From IMG/VR virus record IMGVR_UViG_3300032314_000362, positions 1-54,933 of that record: 54,933 nucleotides of DNA. One strand, 5' to 3'. Positions 9,489 through 18,727 of the stretch are shown piece by piece; the first letter of the stretch is position 1; the number at the start of each line of letters is the position of its first letter. The notes below the pieces were generated by a model. That model was not told the DNA's origin and searched no databases. It was given only the letters and a program-made list of their open reading frames with translations. Both the position numbers and the translations under genes were made by a program. The stretch is from a virus (Duplodnaviria > Caudoviricetes).

Positions 9489-10346
9489 ATGAAAGACACG
9501 TATGGAAGTATGATTCGGTTGTTGATTGGCTCACTCTCGCTACAGATTGAGAGTGCCGATCTTACCTATGACACCGTTGCTATGTCAATGTCGGTGCAAG
9601 ATGAACTTGATAAATGGCAAAAGTATATCAAGAACAAGCGGAATCAGCCCACGAGGGCGTTTAACCCGATATTGACAGCTGGCGATATAGCCGACCAGAT
9701 TCAAAAGCGATTGAATGACAACGAGATTCCCGCGCAGGTGTTCAAAGATGCCCGTGCAAGCGTTGCCTCTTTTCGCATGTACAGCGAAACAGAGTTGGAG
9801 TTCAAAGACAAATTTAGCACGCTTATGCAACTTGCCCTAGAAAATGGGTTGCCCAAAGCAGAGTTTGAAGCCTCACTGTGGGCGCTTATAACCACAATCA
9901 CTCAGCAAGCCTACCTTGACGGTCTATCCGATGGTGGCGCTGGCGGCGATTATTCACAGCAAGATTCGTTGATTGTGGCTGAACTGCTTAACGACCAACG
10001 TCAATACGTGAAACAGTTCGCTATTCTGTTATACACGGGCAACATTTCTGTGCTAAACATTGAATCTAAACGAGAGGCTTGGTTCAACAAGTCCATTGGC
10101 GCGTTTTACTACTCAGGGCTTGTGTCGGCCAACCGCGATGCTATGTATGAATGGGTCATCGGCAACACCGAAGTACATTGTAAAACCTGCCTTGCCCTTG
10201 ACGGTCAGCGGCACAGGTTGTCAGAGTTTTCAGCCTACGGGTATCTGCCGCAATCCAGTAAATTGGCCTGCAAGGGGTTCTACTGCGATTGCAGGCTAAA
10301 ACGGGTCAAGGCCGGTTCTCGCGGGAATCTAGCTACAGTAGGTTGA
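9489..10346 (+). CDS. Head morphogenesis / minor head protein (SPP1 gp7/MuF-like)
   Basis: Follows the portal; C-terminal YEW...HCKTCLALDG...CDCRL Cys/His cluster. Confidence 0.7.
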   Translation: MKDTYGSMIRLLIGSLSLQIESADLTYDTVAMSMSVQDELDKWQKYIKNKRNQPTRAFNPILTAGDIADQIQKRLNDNEIPAQVFKDARASVASFRMYSETELEFKDKFSTLMQLALENGLPKAEFEASLWALITTITQQAYLDGLSDGGAGGDYSQQDSLIVAELLNDQRQYVKQFAILLYTGNISVLNIESKREAWFNKSIGAFYYSGLVSANRDAMYEWVIGNTEVHCKTCLALDGQRHRLSEFSAYGYLPQSSKLACKGFYCDCRLKRVKAGSRGNLATVG

Positions 10347-10371
10347 CAATCTGCATTTTCAGGGGGATAAT
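10343..10371 (+). promoter_or_regulatory. Internal sigma70-type promoter
   Basis: TTGACA-17 nt-GATAAT. Confidence 0.65.
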
Positions 10372-10409
10372 GGCTTATCTGTTTTGGTTGCACGCAAAGG
10401 ATGTAAGCC

Positions 10410-10931
10410 ATGTCACAAGAACTACGCAAGGCATTCTACGACGCCGACGGCGCGCTGGCGATTGCAGCGATGAAAGCCAAAGATTTGGCGGCGCAGGTTG
10501 AAGAAGCGATAGAAGCCCCCGCCCGCGCCTACCGCGCCTCAATGGAGGCTTTACACGCCGAGTTGATCGCGCAGTATCAAGACGCGCTAAAAGGCGTCGT
10601 TGAGGCTACTGAGGCTTCCAGCGCCGCTAAAAAAGCATTGGTAGACGCCTACCGCAATGAAAGCGCCGACGATCTTCCGCGTGGTATCGTACAACGCCGT
10701 AAGCGCGTGATCCGCATTTATGACAAGAAAGCGTTCTTGGAGAGCGCCCCCCGTCAGGCGCTAACCGTTGACGAGAAATACATCAACAAGGTCTATGAAG
10801 GGCGTGAAGCCGAATTGCCTGCCGACGGGACTTGGGGGGTAGAAGTGCATGTAACGGTAGCGATCTACGCCGAAAAGTTGGCCGACGAATTTACCCCCGA
10901 CTTTACCAAAACAGAAAACACAGCACTGTAA
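10410..10931 (+). CDS. Moron-like gene; coiled-coil protein weakly resembling Gp157/Mu Gam
   Basis: AAGGA SD; long N-terminal helix followed by a beta-rich end. It has its own promoter and terminator. The family resemblance is tentative. Confidence 0.5.
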   Translation: MSQELRKAFYDADGALAIAAMKAKDLAAQVEEAIEAPARAYRASMEALHAELIAQYQDALKGVVEATEASSAAKKALVDAYRNESADDLPRGIVQRRKRVIRIYDKKAFLESAPRQALTVDEKYINKVYEGREAELPADGTWGVEVHVTVAIYAEKLADEFTPDFTKTENTAL

Positions 10932-10960
10932 GCCCAACAACACAAATAACCTGCCCCCTC

Positions 10961-10990
10961 AACCCCTGCCAACGCGCAGGGGTTTTTGTT
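10961..10990 (+). terminator. Rho-independent terminator
   Basis: AACCCCTGC-caacgc-GCAGGGGTT followed by TTTGTT. Confidence 0.8.
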
Positions 10991-10995
10991 CTTGC

Positions 10996-11025
10996 TTGCG
11001 ACAAACAATCATATTGGTGTATAAT
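10996..11025 (+). promoter_or_regulatory. Putative promoter for the capsid gene
   Basis: TTGCGA-18 nt-TATAAT just after the terminator. Confidence 0.5.
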
Positions 11026-11060
11026 GCTGTTGATACCTATATATTGGGAATTTATCAAAG

Positions 11061-13358
11061 ATGTCGTCGGCAATGAGGTTTGCGAAACGCGGTAATGAAT
11101 TGTGGGTCGAAGGGCTTGCAATTCGCTTTAATGACCCCCAATCTGAAAATTGGGCGGATCAACGTGACCTCTATGAAACCGTGTTTGACAAGAATACGGA
11201 CTTCATGCTAGATGCCTATCCTATCGAGGGGAAACCCTTGCTGTTCAATCACGGCTATGATGAAGTCATTGGGGCAAAACCCATCGGCATAATCATGCGT
11301 AGCGAATTGCGGGATGATGGGCTATGGATTGAAGCGCGTCTGAGAGAGCTTGACCAGTATGTAGCGATGGTAAAAGAGCTTGACCGTAGAGCCTTAATGA
11401 AGGCTGGTCGGGGGCTGGGTTTTTCGATTGCTGCATTAAGCGCGGGTTTTCGGGTTAGCCCTACCAATGGGCATGTGGATGTTTGGCCGATTGCCGAAAC
11501 GTCCTTAACCCACGTTCCGGGCGACGTGCGGAATCAGATTCAGCGCAGTGAGTACCGCTTTTACAACACGTCCGTAGTGGGCGACCAGCTTTTGACTGAT
11601 ATAGAGACTTCTTCGGGGTCTAATGCAGTGGTTGAGTATCGCCAAGATGTTGACCCTCCTGTATTACCAAAGGATTCTCTGATGAAACCCAACCTTGAAA
11701 TCATTCAAGGGTTAGCAAGCCGCCTTGCGATTGAAATTACGCAAACACTTGCCCAACTCACAGTAAGCGACGGGGCAACCCCCGCCTACACCCCCGACGA
11801 TGTGACGCGCAGTGCTACAGCAGTGCTGTCCGCCGTTGAACTCCCAGAAAGCGTGGCTGCGGAGCCGCAGGCCATTGCCGCCGCAGTCGAAGCCTACATC
11901 AGCGCCAATGGCGACACGCTGTTCGGCGAAGTGATTGAAGGCGCGTTGCGTGCCGCGCAAACCCGCCGTACTCAAATTGAACAAGCCGCCCGCGCCGCCA
12001 TGCAAATCGTCCGCCCAAACGTGCCAGTGACCGATAACGCCCCTGCGTTCACCGGCAACCCTGACACGACCCAGCGTTCTACGGGACGCATTACGGGCGT
12101 TGCGGATTTGCGGTATGACCACTTGAACGCCGAAGAAATGTTGCTCGGCGCAAATATCATGCTAGGCCGTATGCGTTCGCATGAGCGCGTTTACAGCAAA
12201 CTTGGGGATTCCAAGTTGAGCGAAACGTACCTTCGGGCAATGATGACCAAAGCAGCCGATTCGCGTACCGCGCCCGCGTTCAAGGACGGCGGCTCTGGCG
12301 CTGCATTCCGTAGCGCTATTGGTTTGCGCGCAGACGAAATCGGTTCCACCCAACTTTCAGGCTTTGGCGCTGAGTTTGTTGGCACGGCCTACGGTACTAC
12401 CGTATGGGAGACCGTTCGCTTTGAGCCGGGGTTGTATGCGCTGTTGCGCCAAAAGGGGCTTGATGAAGTCATCGTCCCCGAAGGGTCGTCAACGTTCGTT
12501 ATGCCCGTTGAAGGGAGTGACCCGACGGCCTACAACGTCCTACAGGTGAACGACTTCAACGCCGTCAGCCAACCAGACAATGCCTTCACTTCCAGCAAAG
12601 TTGGTACGGCAAACAGCACTATGACGCTGGGCGCGCTAGGCATCAAGACGATGTATAGTCTTATCTTGCAGGAAGATTCTGTCGTGGCAGTCTTGCCTCA
12701 ATATGCCACGCAAATGCGTAAGGTTTTTGAGGAAACCATTGAGAGCGTCCTTATCAACGGCGATACCGTGTTGACCGCCAACACGAATATCAACTTGATT
12801 GACGGCACTCCGACCACGCAAGCCTACACGATTATGGACGGGATGCGTAAGATCGCGTTGGCAAACGGCGTTGATGCTACGGCGTCGTATCAGCAAAACC
12901 TGTGGATGAAAACCCTTCAAAAGTTGCCCGGCGCAGCCTACCAACGCCGCAAGCAAGGGGTTGTGTTCGTCATTGACCTCAACACTCACCAAATGGTGAC
13001 GCTGTATCCCAAGCTCATCGTGGCAAACCCGTCGGCGTCCGAAATGGATATGTTCCGCACGGGTGATGTTGACCCCAACACGGGAGTGAGCGTTTACACG
13101 AGCGGCTTTATGGCGCTGTCAAACGGTACGGGCAAGATTTCCGCAACGGCGGGGAATAACCTGTACGGCACGATTATGGCCGCCTATGCACCCTATTGGC
13201 GCGCCGCCTTCCGTCGGGCGATCACGTTTGAATCTGAATACAAGCCGAACAGCCAAGTCAGTGAACTGTACATGCACGCACGGTTCGGTATCAAGGCTCG
13301 TGGTAGCACAGCCGCCGCCGCCGCCTATGATATTTCTGTGGAGGCTCCGTTAGGCTAA
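11061..13358 (+). CDS. Prohead protease-scaffold-major capsid fusion protein (HK97 fold)
   Basis: N-terminal HK97-type protease motifs (LLFNH, GLWIEA, GFSI, ETSLTHVP), an Ala-rich helical linker, and a C-terminal capsid-like region (LQEDSVV, LINGD, LYMHARFG). Confidence 0.85.
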   Translation: MSSAMRFAKRGNELWVEGLAIRFNDPQSENWADQRDLYETVFDKNTDFMLDAYPIEGKPLLFNHGYDEVIGAKPIGIIMRSELRDDGLWIEARLRELDQYVAMVKELDRRALMKAGRGLGFSIAALSAGFRVSPTNGHVDVWPIAETSLTHVPGDVRNQIQRSEYRFYNTSVVGDQLLTDIETSSGSNAVVEYRQDVDPPVLPKDSLMKPNLEIIQGLASRLAIEITQTLAQLTVSDGATPAYTPDDVTRSATAVLSAVELPESVAAEPQAIAAAVEAYISANGDTLFGEVIEGALRAAQTRRTQIEQAARAAMQIVRPNVPVTDNAPAFTGNPDTTQRSTGRITGVADLRYDHLNAEEMLLGANIMLGRMRSHERVYSKLGDSKLSETYLRAMMTKAADSRTAPAFKDGGSGAAFRSAIGLRADEIGSTQLSGFGAEFVGTAYGTTVWETVRFEPGLYALLRQKGLDEVIVPEGSSTFVMPVEGSDPTAYNVLQVNDFNAVSQPDNAFTSSKVGTANSTMTLGALGIKTMYSLILQEDSVVAVLPQYATQMRKVFEETIESVLINGDTVLTANTNINLIDGTPTTQAYTIMDGMRKIALANGVDATASYQQNLWMKTLQKLPGAAYQRRKQGVVFVIDLNTHQMVTLYPKLIVANPSASEMDMFRTGDVDPNTGVSVYTSGFMALSNGTGKISATAGNNLYGTIMAAYAPYWRAAFRRAITFESEYKPNSQVSELYMHARFGIKARGSTAAAAAYDISVEAPLG

Positions 13359-13810
13359 TGTCCTACTTCCCCCAGAGCATTTCTCGTAAGTTTCCGCCTG
13401 TTGTGGTTGACGTTGATCTATCGTTGGCGAAGTGGAACACGGTAGCTGTGCATCGCGTGTTCAAAACCAACGGCGGGTTGTTGGGCATCCGTGTTGCGGC
13501 GCGGGTGCTTGTGGCAGGCACGGGCGCTTCTTCAACGATTCAGCTAGGGTTTACGGGGGCAACTACCAACATGATTGCCGCCTCAACCGTCACCGACTTT
13601 GTGGCCGATGAAATGTGGTACGACACCACGCCGACAACGAAGTACGATACCCCTGCAAACATCTGGCTCCAGCGCGAAGGCGTGTTGCCCAACGTTTGTT
13701 TCGAGATCGCAACTGCGGCGGCAACGGGCGGCAAAATTCGTTTTGTGGCTGAGTGGTGGTCTCCCGATGGGAGCGGGCTACTCTCTGCGGGCAATGGTGA
13801 GGCAACCTAA
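13358..13810 (+). CDS. Virion structural protein (possible head decoration)
   Basis: TAATG-coupled to the capsid gene; beta-rich and Thr/Gly-rich. Confidence 0.5.
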   Translation: MSYFPQSISRKFPPVVVDVDLSLAKWNTVAVHRVFKTNGGLLGIRVAARVLVAGTGASSTIQLGFTGATTNMIAASTVTDFVADEMWYDTTPTTKYDTPANIWLQREGVLPNVCFEIATAAATGGKIRFVAEWWSPDGSGLLSAGNGEAT

Positions 13811-14166
13811 TGCCTGTCAGCGCGAGAACGATTACCCTTAACGGCTCAGGGGCAACGCCTGCGAACACAGTCATGCCGGGCGCAATTACTGGGTTCATCC
13901 TAAGCGTTCATGTGGATTTCATTGCGACCCACGCGGCGGGAACAACATTCGCTTTGGCCGAGAGGAACAAGCCGACTCGCACGCTGGTCAGCAACACAGG
14001 CAACACCGACTTTGACCGTTACCCTACCGTGCAGTTGCAAAACAACGCTGGCACGACGGTAACGCAGTACACACCCTACTACGTTGACGGTCAAGTGTTG
14101 ACCGTCACAATCGCAAGCGGCACTGCAAACGCGGTGCTAGAGGTTCGTGTAGTTTATTTGTCCTAG
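13810..14166 (+). CDS. Virion structural protein
   Basis: TAATG-coupled; beta-rich. Confidence 0.5.
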   Translation: MPVSARTITLNGSGATPANTVMPGAITGFILSVHVDFIATHAAGTTFALAERNKPTRTLVSNTGNTDFDRYPTVQLQNNAGTTVTQYTPYYVDGQVLTVTIASGTANAVLEVRVVYLS

Positions 14167-14208
14167 TTATGCAAACCGCGTTTCGTGTACGCGCTGGGGT
14201 GTAAGCAA

Positions 14209-15315
14209 ATGGCGTTTAGTCGCACACCAACTTACGGGCAACTAGACCGCTGGCAGGTCAACGTTGAACAACGCCCCTACGCATTTCACCAATGCGATGA
14301 TCTCTACCTTGATGGGACTCCAGAGGTATGGATACAGTCCGAACGGGATTCGTTAGCGGCGACCCTGATGCAATGCGTCACCACTGCGCGGAAGATGCTC
14401 GGTTACAACCCGTTCCCGATGTACCAAACAAACGTGGTCATCCCGTTAAAGCGTGATCGGTTTTGGCACAACCAAGACTATTACGCCAAGACGGGACAAA
14501 TCATTGCCTTTGGCACGCGGGCAACCGAACTCATTCAATCGGGCGTCACAGTCGTGTACAGCGATGTTGATGGCGACGGCAAGAACGACACCGCAACTGT
14601 CACCGTGACGAGCGCGGTTATCACCAACGGGGTTCCGCAACTGTTCTTCACTACAACCGACGGGAGGCCGAGCGGGGTTCCAGAACCCTACAGGATTTAC
14701 CCGACAGATGTGAGGCATAACGGGACAGCGTATGTGTTCACGGTTCCCCGCTGGCGCATGGTGAAGCCAACGCTGTACGCGGTGTCTTACGAGAATACCT
14801 ATCAGCAAACACGGAAGAAATACGCCGTGACGAATGACATGGACGGCACGGTTTTTGCGGCAACAGTAGACGTGTATCGGGTTTATACGGACAGCACCAA
14901 CGCAGTGCAGTTGATTGCATCGCCCATTGATCCCGCCACCGCCGAAGAAGTTGAAACCGTGTTGCCAGTGCAAGCCCTAAGCGATACAGGTTGGTTCCGT
15001 CTACAGAACAAGACGCTATCCACCCTAACTAGCCCACCCTACGCAGTCAGAGTGTCTTATCTGGCGGGGTTGGCGTGGGAAAATGAACTGACAGGGACGC
15101 CTAACCGTCAGCTTGAGCTTGCTATTGCGCGGCATTCATTGGTTGAAATACCAATGGATGTGAACGCCGCAAGCATCAAGATTTCGTCAAAGTGGTCGGA
15201 CGATGGGGCTTACCTCAAAAACTCATCGCCGCTCGGTAGTAGGGTGATAGACCATCACCTGTACAACATCTACGGAAGCCTGTGCAGTCCCAACGGGACG
15301 CTGAAGGGCAAATAG
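14209..15315 (+). CDS. Putative head-tail adaptor with a large inserted domain
   Basis: Position in the head module; C-terminal VRVSYLAG...LELAI resembles gp6-type adaptors. ATG 14209 preferred over GTG 14185. Confidence 0.5.
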   Translation: MAFSRTPTYGQLDRWQVNVEQRPYAFHQCDDLYLDGTPEVWIQSERDSLAATLMQCVTTARKMLGYNPFPMYQTNVVIPLKRDRFWHNQDYYAKTGQIIAFGTRATELIQSGVTVVYSDVDGDGKNDTATVTVTSAVITNGVPQLFFTTTDGRPSGVPEPYRIYPTDVRHNGTAYVFTVPRWRMVKPTLYAVSYENTYQQTRKKYAVTNDMDGTVFAATVDVYRVYTDSTNAVQLIASPIDPATAEEVETVLPVQALSDTGWFRLQNKTLSTLTSPPYAVRVSYLAGLAWENELTGTPNRQLELAIARHSLVEIPMDVNAASIKISSKWSDDGAYLKNSSPLGSRVIDHHLYNIYGSLCSPNGTLKGK

Positions 15316-15834
15316 ATGATCGGGAAGCAGTCAAAGGCAATGCAACCTTATGACCTTGCTGCATTGCAAAAAGCAGTAGACAAGGCCGAAAAACTTGCGG
15401 CACAAAACGCACAACGCGCATTCCGGCGCACGGTGCAAACGTGGACGAAGAAGCCTAATTTTGGGCTGGAGCCGAATCAAGAGGGGGACGGCGGGTATAA
15501 TGTGACCGTTAACGGCGAGCGCTCTGATGTGTGGAACATGCTGGATCAAGGCACAAAAGAGAAATACCCGAACGGCTATGACATTCCTATTCCTTCAAGC
15601 CCGTTGCCACAAGGCAAATTTCTAGTGTTCCCGACTGGGGTGTATCAGGCAAAAACATCGCCTGCGCGCATTGAAGCCAAGAGCGCAAGCCCACGCACCG
15701 GCGCGCTCCGGTTTGCAAAAACGGTAAAGCATCCGGGGTATGAGGCTCGAAACTGGCGGCAGAAAATTGCCGAGCGCGACGGCGAACGCCGATTGAATGC
15801 CGTTCGCAAAGCCATTGATGACTTTTTTGGATAG
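15316..15834 (+). CDS. Neck/tail-completion protein (HK97 gp10-like)
   Basis: LDQGT...FAKTVKHPGYEAR pattern typical of this group. Confidence 0.6.
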   Translation: MIGKQSKAMQPYDLAALQKAVDKAEKLAAQNAQRAFRRTVQTWTKKPNFGLEPNQEGDGGYNVTVNGERSDVWNMLDQGTKEKYPNGYDIPIPSSPLPQGKFLVFPTGVYQAKTSPARIEAKSASPRTGALRFAKTVKHPGYEARNWRQKIAERDGERRLNAVRKAIDDFFG

Positions 15835-15848
15835 GATTAAACACGACT

Positions 15849-16328
15849 ATGGCAACCAAGAAGCTACAACCTACCCCGCCTTTGACTGGGATTGACTTGG
15901 GCGACGGGAACGAAGTTATCGTAGATGCAAGCGCGTTTCCCGTTGAACGCGCAAACTCTACGCTTAAGGCAATCCGCAAGGCGTTGCCGGGCGCTTACGA
16001 TGCACTCGTAGATACAGTGACCGACTTCAATAAGGAATACCTGAACGACCATGAAGCGGCGTTTTTGACCGACGCTATGGAAAATGATTACACCCAAACC
16101 TTGCATCAACTCTTGCGTTACATTGGCCGCGCTGTGGGATTGCACTGCATGGGGTTGGTTACACGCGGTGACATCCCCGTAGATTTCGTTGAACGGGTCA
16201 AGGAACGCACGGCAGCTTACGGACAAGGGATGAACGGCATCGAGTTGTTCATCAACGCCTTTTTTGACGTTCTCGGTGGCAACGCCACTACAGTTTTTCA
16301 GACCTTGAAAGGGATAAACAATGAGTAG
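15849..16328 (+). CDS. Hypothetical protein in the tail module
   Basis: Sits between the neck and tail tube genes; AGGA SD. Confidence 0.6.
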   Translation: MATKKLQPTPPLTGIDLGDGNEVIVDASAFPVERANSTLKAIRKALPGAYDALVDTVTDFNKEYLNDHEAAFLTDAMENDYTQTLHQLLRYIGRAVGLHCMGLVTRGDIPVDFVERVKERTAAYGQGMNGIELFINAFFDVLGGNATTVFQTLKGINNE

Positions 16329-17859
16329 TGCATACAAACTCAGGGATTTGGTGGGTGAGACAGGCGAAGGCTTACGTATCTCAGAGTCAATCGCCTATCG
16401 CGTTTTTGCGGGTTCGCCGCGCTCACAACACAAGGACTTGGTTGCCGCCGCCAACTACTATGGGTTGGCAATGACCGACGGCACGGGCGATGAGCGTGAT
16501 GCTCCAGACCGCGTATATGTCGCAGGGTGGGAAAACAACGACAGCGTACAGGTTGGCGAAATTCATAAGCAGCGCACGCCAAAAGAAGGAACGCTGACCA
16601 TCAAAAGCAACTACGGCGCGCTAAACCGCCTCAACAACTTTGTGAAGGGGAACCGTCACGTTCATATTGCGGTTCACGCCGCGCCGAAGGGGTCTCGCCC
16701 TGATAATCCCGACATCTGGGAATCTAAACAGATCAACGCTTTTTCATCGGTACTTTCGCGGGGTTTGACTGGCGACCTGAACGCGATTAAGGATGACAAC
16801 GCCGAAGTGATGGAGGAGTATCCGTATTCCCCCCGCGTGTACTATGAAGTCAAGCCCATGCGCTTTGGCGCGATTGGCGCAAGCACGATCACCCGCGTTG
16901 CGCTTGACGCAGACGTATACTACCAAGATGGCAACGCCTACCTGTTCACGCTACACGACAAACTCAGCACGACCAACCCCAGTGCTATCAGCGTGATCCG
17001 TAACGATACCGCGTTGGCGCAAACTGATATTTCGGCGCTGTCAACCAACGGCGTAGCAGACTGCTTGCGCGTGGTCGGGGATTACGTGGTATTGGGGCGC
17101 AAGACCGCTTCTAGTGAGTCCTACCTGTATGCACCCGTGAAAGACCTCATCAATGGGACTGTGGCATTTACCATCGTAACGACTGGGGCTGTAAGTACGA
17201 AGGGCTTGAATTGTCTGTATGTGCAATCGTCATCGGCCATTTTTGCTGGGTGTCTTGGCGGGTATGTTCAGATGATTTCGGGCGTTGGGGCATCGCTGAC
17301 TACCATTGACGCAGGCGTAACGACTGCCAACGACTTGAACGGCATTCATGGGGTTGGTAGCCAAGTGATTGCGGTTGGCGCGACAAACACGCTAATCCTA
17401 AGCAATGATTTTGGCCGTGCGGGGACTTTCAAGAGTTATACCGGGCCGGAAGTAGGCCAAGCGCTGAATACGGTGTGGATGACTGCACCTGATGAGTTCT
17501 ACATTGGGACGGCAACGGGGAAAATCCATTATGGCAAGTACAATGCTTTCTTGGATACCATCACCTACTTCACCAACATCCCAGTGAAGGGTGCTACACC
17601 CACCTCAATCACCGACATTCGTTTTGAAAGCGAATTGGTTGGGTATGCGGCTTATACCACTGCCAGCGCCGGCGGGATTGCACGCACGACCAACGAAGGC
17701 CGTGACTTCAACGCAAGCACTCCCGAAGTAGTCGGGGTTGCCGCCGCGCTTCCGTCGTCTGCCACCGCGCAGGCGGTTGTACCGATTGCGGGCGATGAGA
17801 ACGCCTGCTACATCGTCGCGTCAGCCGCCGCTGACGGGCTTATTGCTTTGGGTTTGTAA
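16321..17859 (+). CDS. Putative major tail protein with a C-terminal beta-propeller-like region
   Basis: Upstream of the chaperones and tape measure gene; BNR/YCF48-like blades (LILSNDFG, IARTTNEG, LNTVWM). Confidence 0.55.
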   Translation: MSSAYKLRDLVGETGEGLRISESIAYRVFAGSPRSQHKDLVAAANYYGLAMTDGTGDERDAPDRVYVAGWENNDSVQVGEIHKQRTPKEGTLTIKSNYGALNRLNNFVKGNRHVHIAVHAAPKGSRPDNPDIWESKQINAFSSVLSRGLTGDLNAIKDDNAEVMEEYPYSPRVYYEVKPMRFGAIGASTITRVALDADVYYQDGNAYLFTLHDKLSTTNPSAISVIRNDTALAQTDISALSTNGVADCLRVVGDYVVLGRKTASSESYLYAPVKDLINGTVAFTIVTTGAVSTKGLNCLYVQSSSAIFAGCLGGYVQMISGVGASLTTIDAGVTTANDLNGIHGVGSQVIAVGATNTLILSNDFGRAGTFKSYTGPEVGQALNTVWMTAPDEFYIGTATGKIHYGKYNAFLDTITYFTNIPVKGATPTSITDIRFESELVGYAAYTTASAGGIARTTNEGRDFNASTPEVVGVAAALPSSATAQAVVPIAGDENACYIVASAAADGLIALGL

Positions 17860-17888
17860 TTTCGCACTAGCAAAGGAGCCTTCGGGCT

Positions 17889-18434
17889 ATGGCTACAAAG
17901 ATTTTTCGCAATCACACGTTTAGCACGGGTTTGGTCGTTACGCTTAAACGACTGAACCCGTTGGAAACCAAACTAATCTTGGGGGGGCTAGATTTACCTC
18001 CCCAACCTATACCGCCCTTGAAGCCGGTTCAGTACGGTGGCGAAGGCGGGTATTCGGCAAATGAACCAGACGAAAACGACCCCGAATACATCCAAGCAAT
18101 GAACGCCTACGGTATGGAAGCGCTAGATAAGTTCGCCCGCGCCCTATTGCGATTGGCAGTGGTCACGAAACTTGAAACCGTGCTTCAAAGGTTGGCATTG
18201 CTTGAAACTGACAGCGAGGGCGACCCGTTCACCGCCGATACGCTTTGGGCGTTTTATGAGCGCCACGCCAAAGACATTTATAGCATTGAAACGCCCCGTG
18301 ACGACGAAATGCTTGAGATCATCTTGGTCAACCAGTTTGAAGGCGCAAAAGAAATCCAAGAGTTTATCACGATGATGCAGGGAGGCGGGAACCCCACATC
18401 CGAAGGGGTTGAGCAATCCAAAAGCGAGGTTTAA
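17889..18434 (+). CDS. Tail assembly chaperone (gpG-like)
   Basis: Position between the tail protein and tape measure gene; acidic. Confidence 0.6.
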   Translation: MATKIFRNHTFSTGLVVTLKRLNPLETKLILGGLDLPPQPIPPLKPVQYGGEGGYSANEPDENDPEYIQAMNAYGMEALDKFARALLRLAVVTKLETVLQRLALLETDSEGDPFTADTLWAFYERHAKDIYSIETPRDDEMLEIILVNQFEGAKEIQEFITMMQGGGNPTSEGVEQSKSEV

Positions 18435-18711
18435 GGCCAGCGTGCGGGGAATGGATGTGTTTTTGTTCCGATTGCCAAACAGCATCCCCGCACAACAAAA
18501 CCTAGACCTGATGGGTGAGCGCGCTCGTATCTACTGCGGCATAAGCCTTAGTGAATACCAAGCGCTTCCCGGTACGTTGGATTGGGCAGAGGAAGGCGAA
18601 GCGGGAATCGTGTGTAAATGTGACGTGATCGCCGTGTGGTTGGTAGCGAATCAGCTAGACAGCGTGATAGAGGATCAAGGCATTAAGGCGTCAAAAGCCC
18701 GTAGTAAATAG
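18409..18711 (+). CDS. Tail assembly chaperone extension (gpT-like)
   Basis: Overlaps the end of the previous ORF in the +1 frame, directly before the tape measure gene. Confidence 0.5.
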   Translation: MSNPKARFKASVRGMDVFLFRLPNSIPAQQNLDLMGERARIYCGISLSEYQALPGTLDWAEEGEAGIVCKCDVIAVWLVANQLDSVIEDQGIKASKARSK

Positions 18712-18727
18712 GCGAGAGAGTGTAAAA

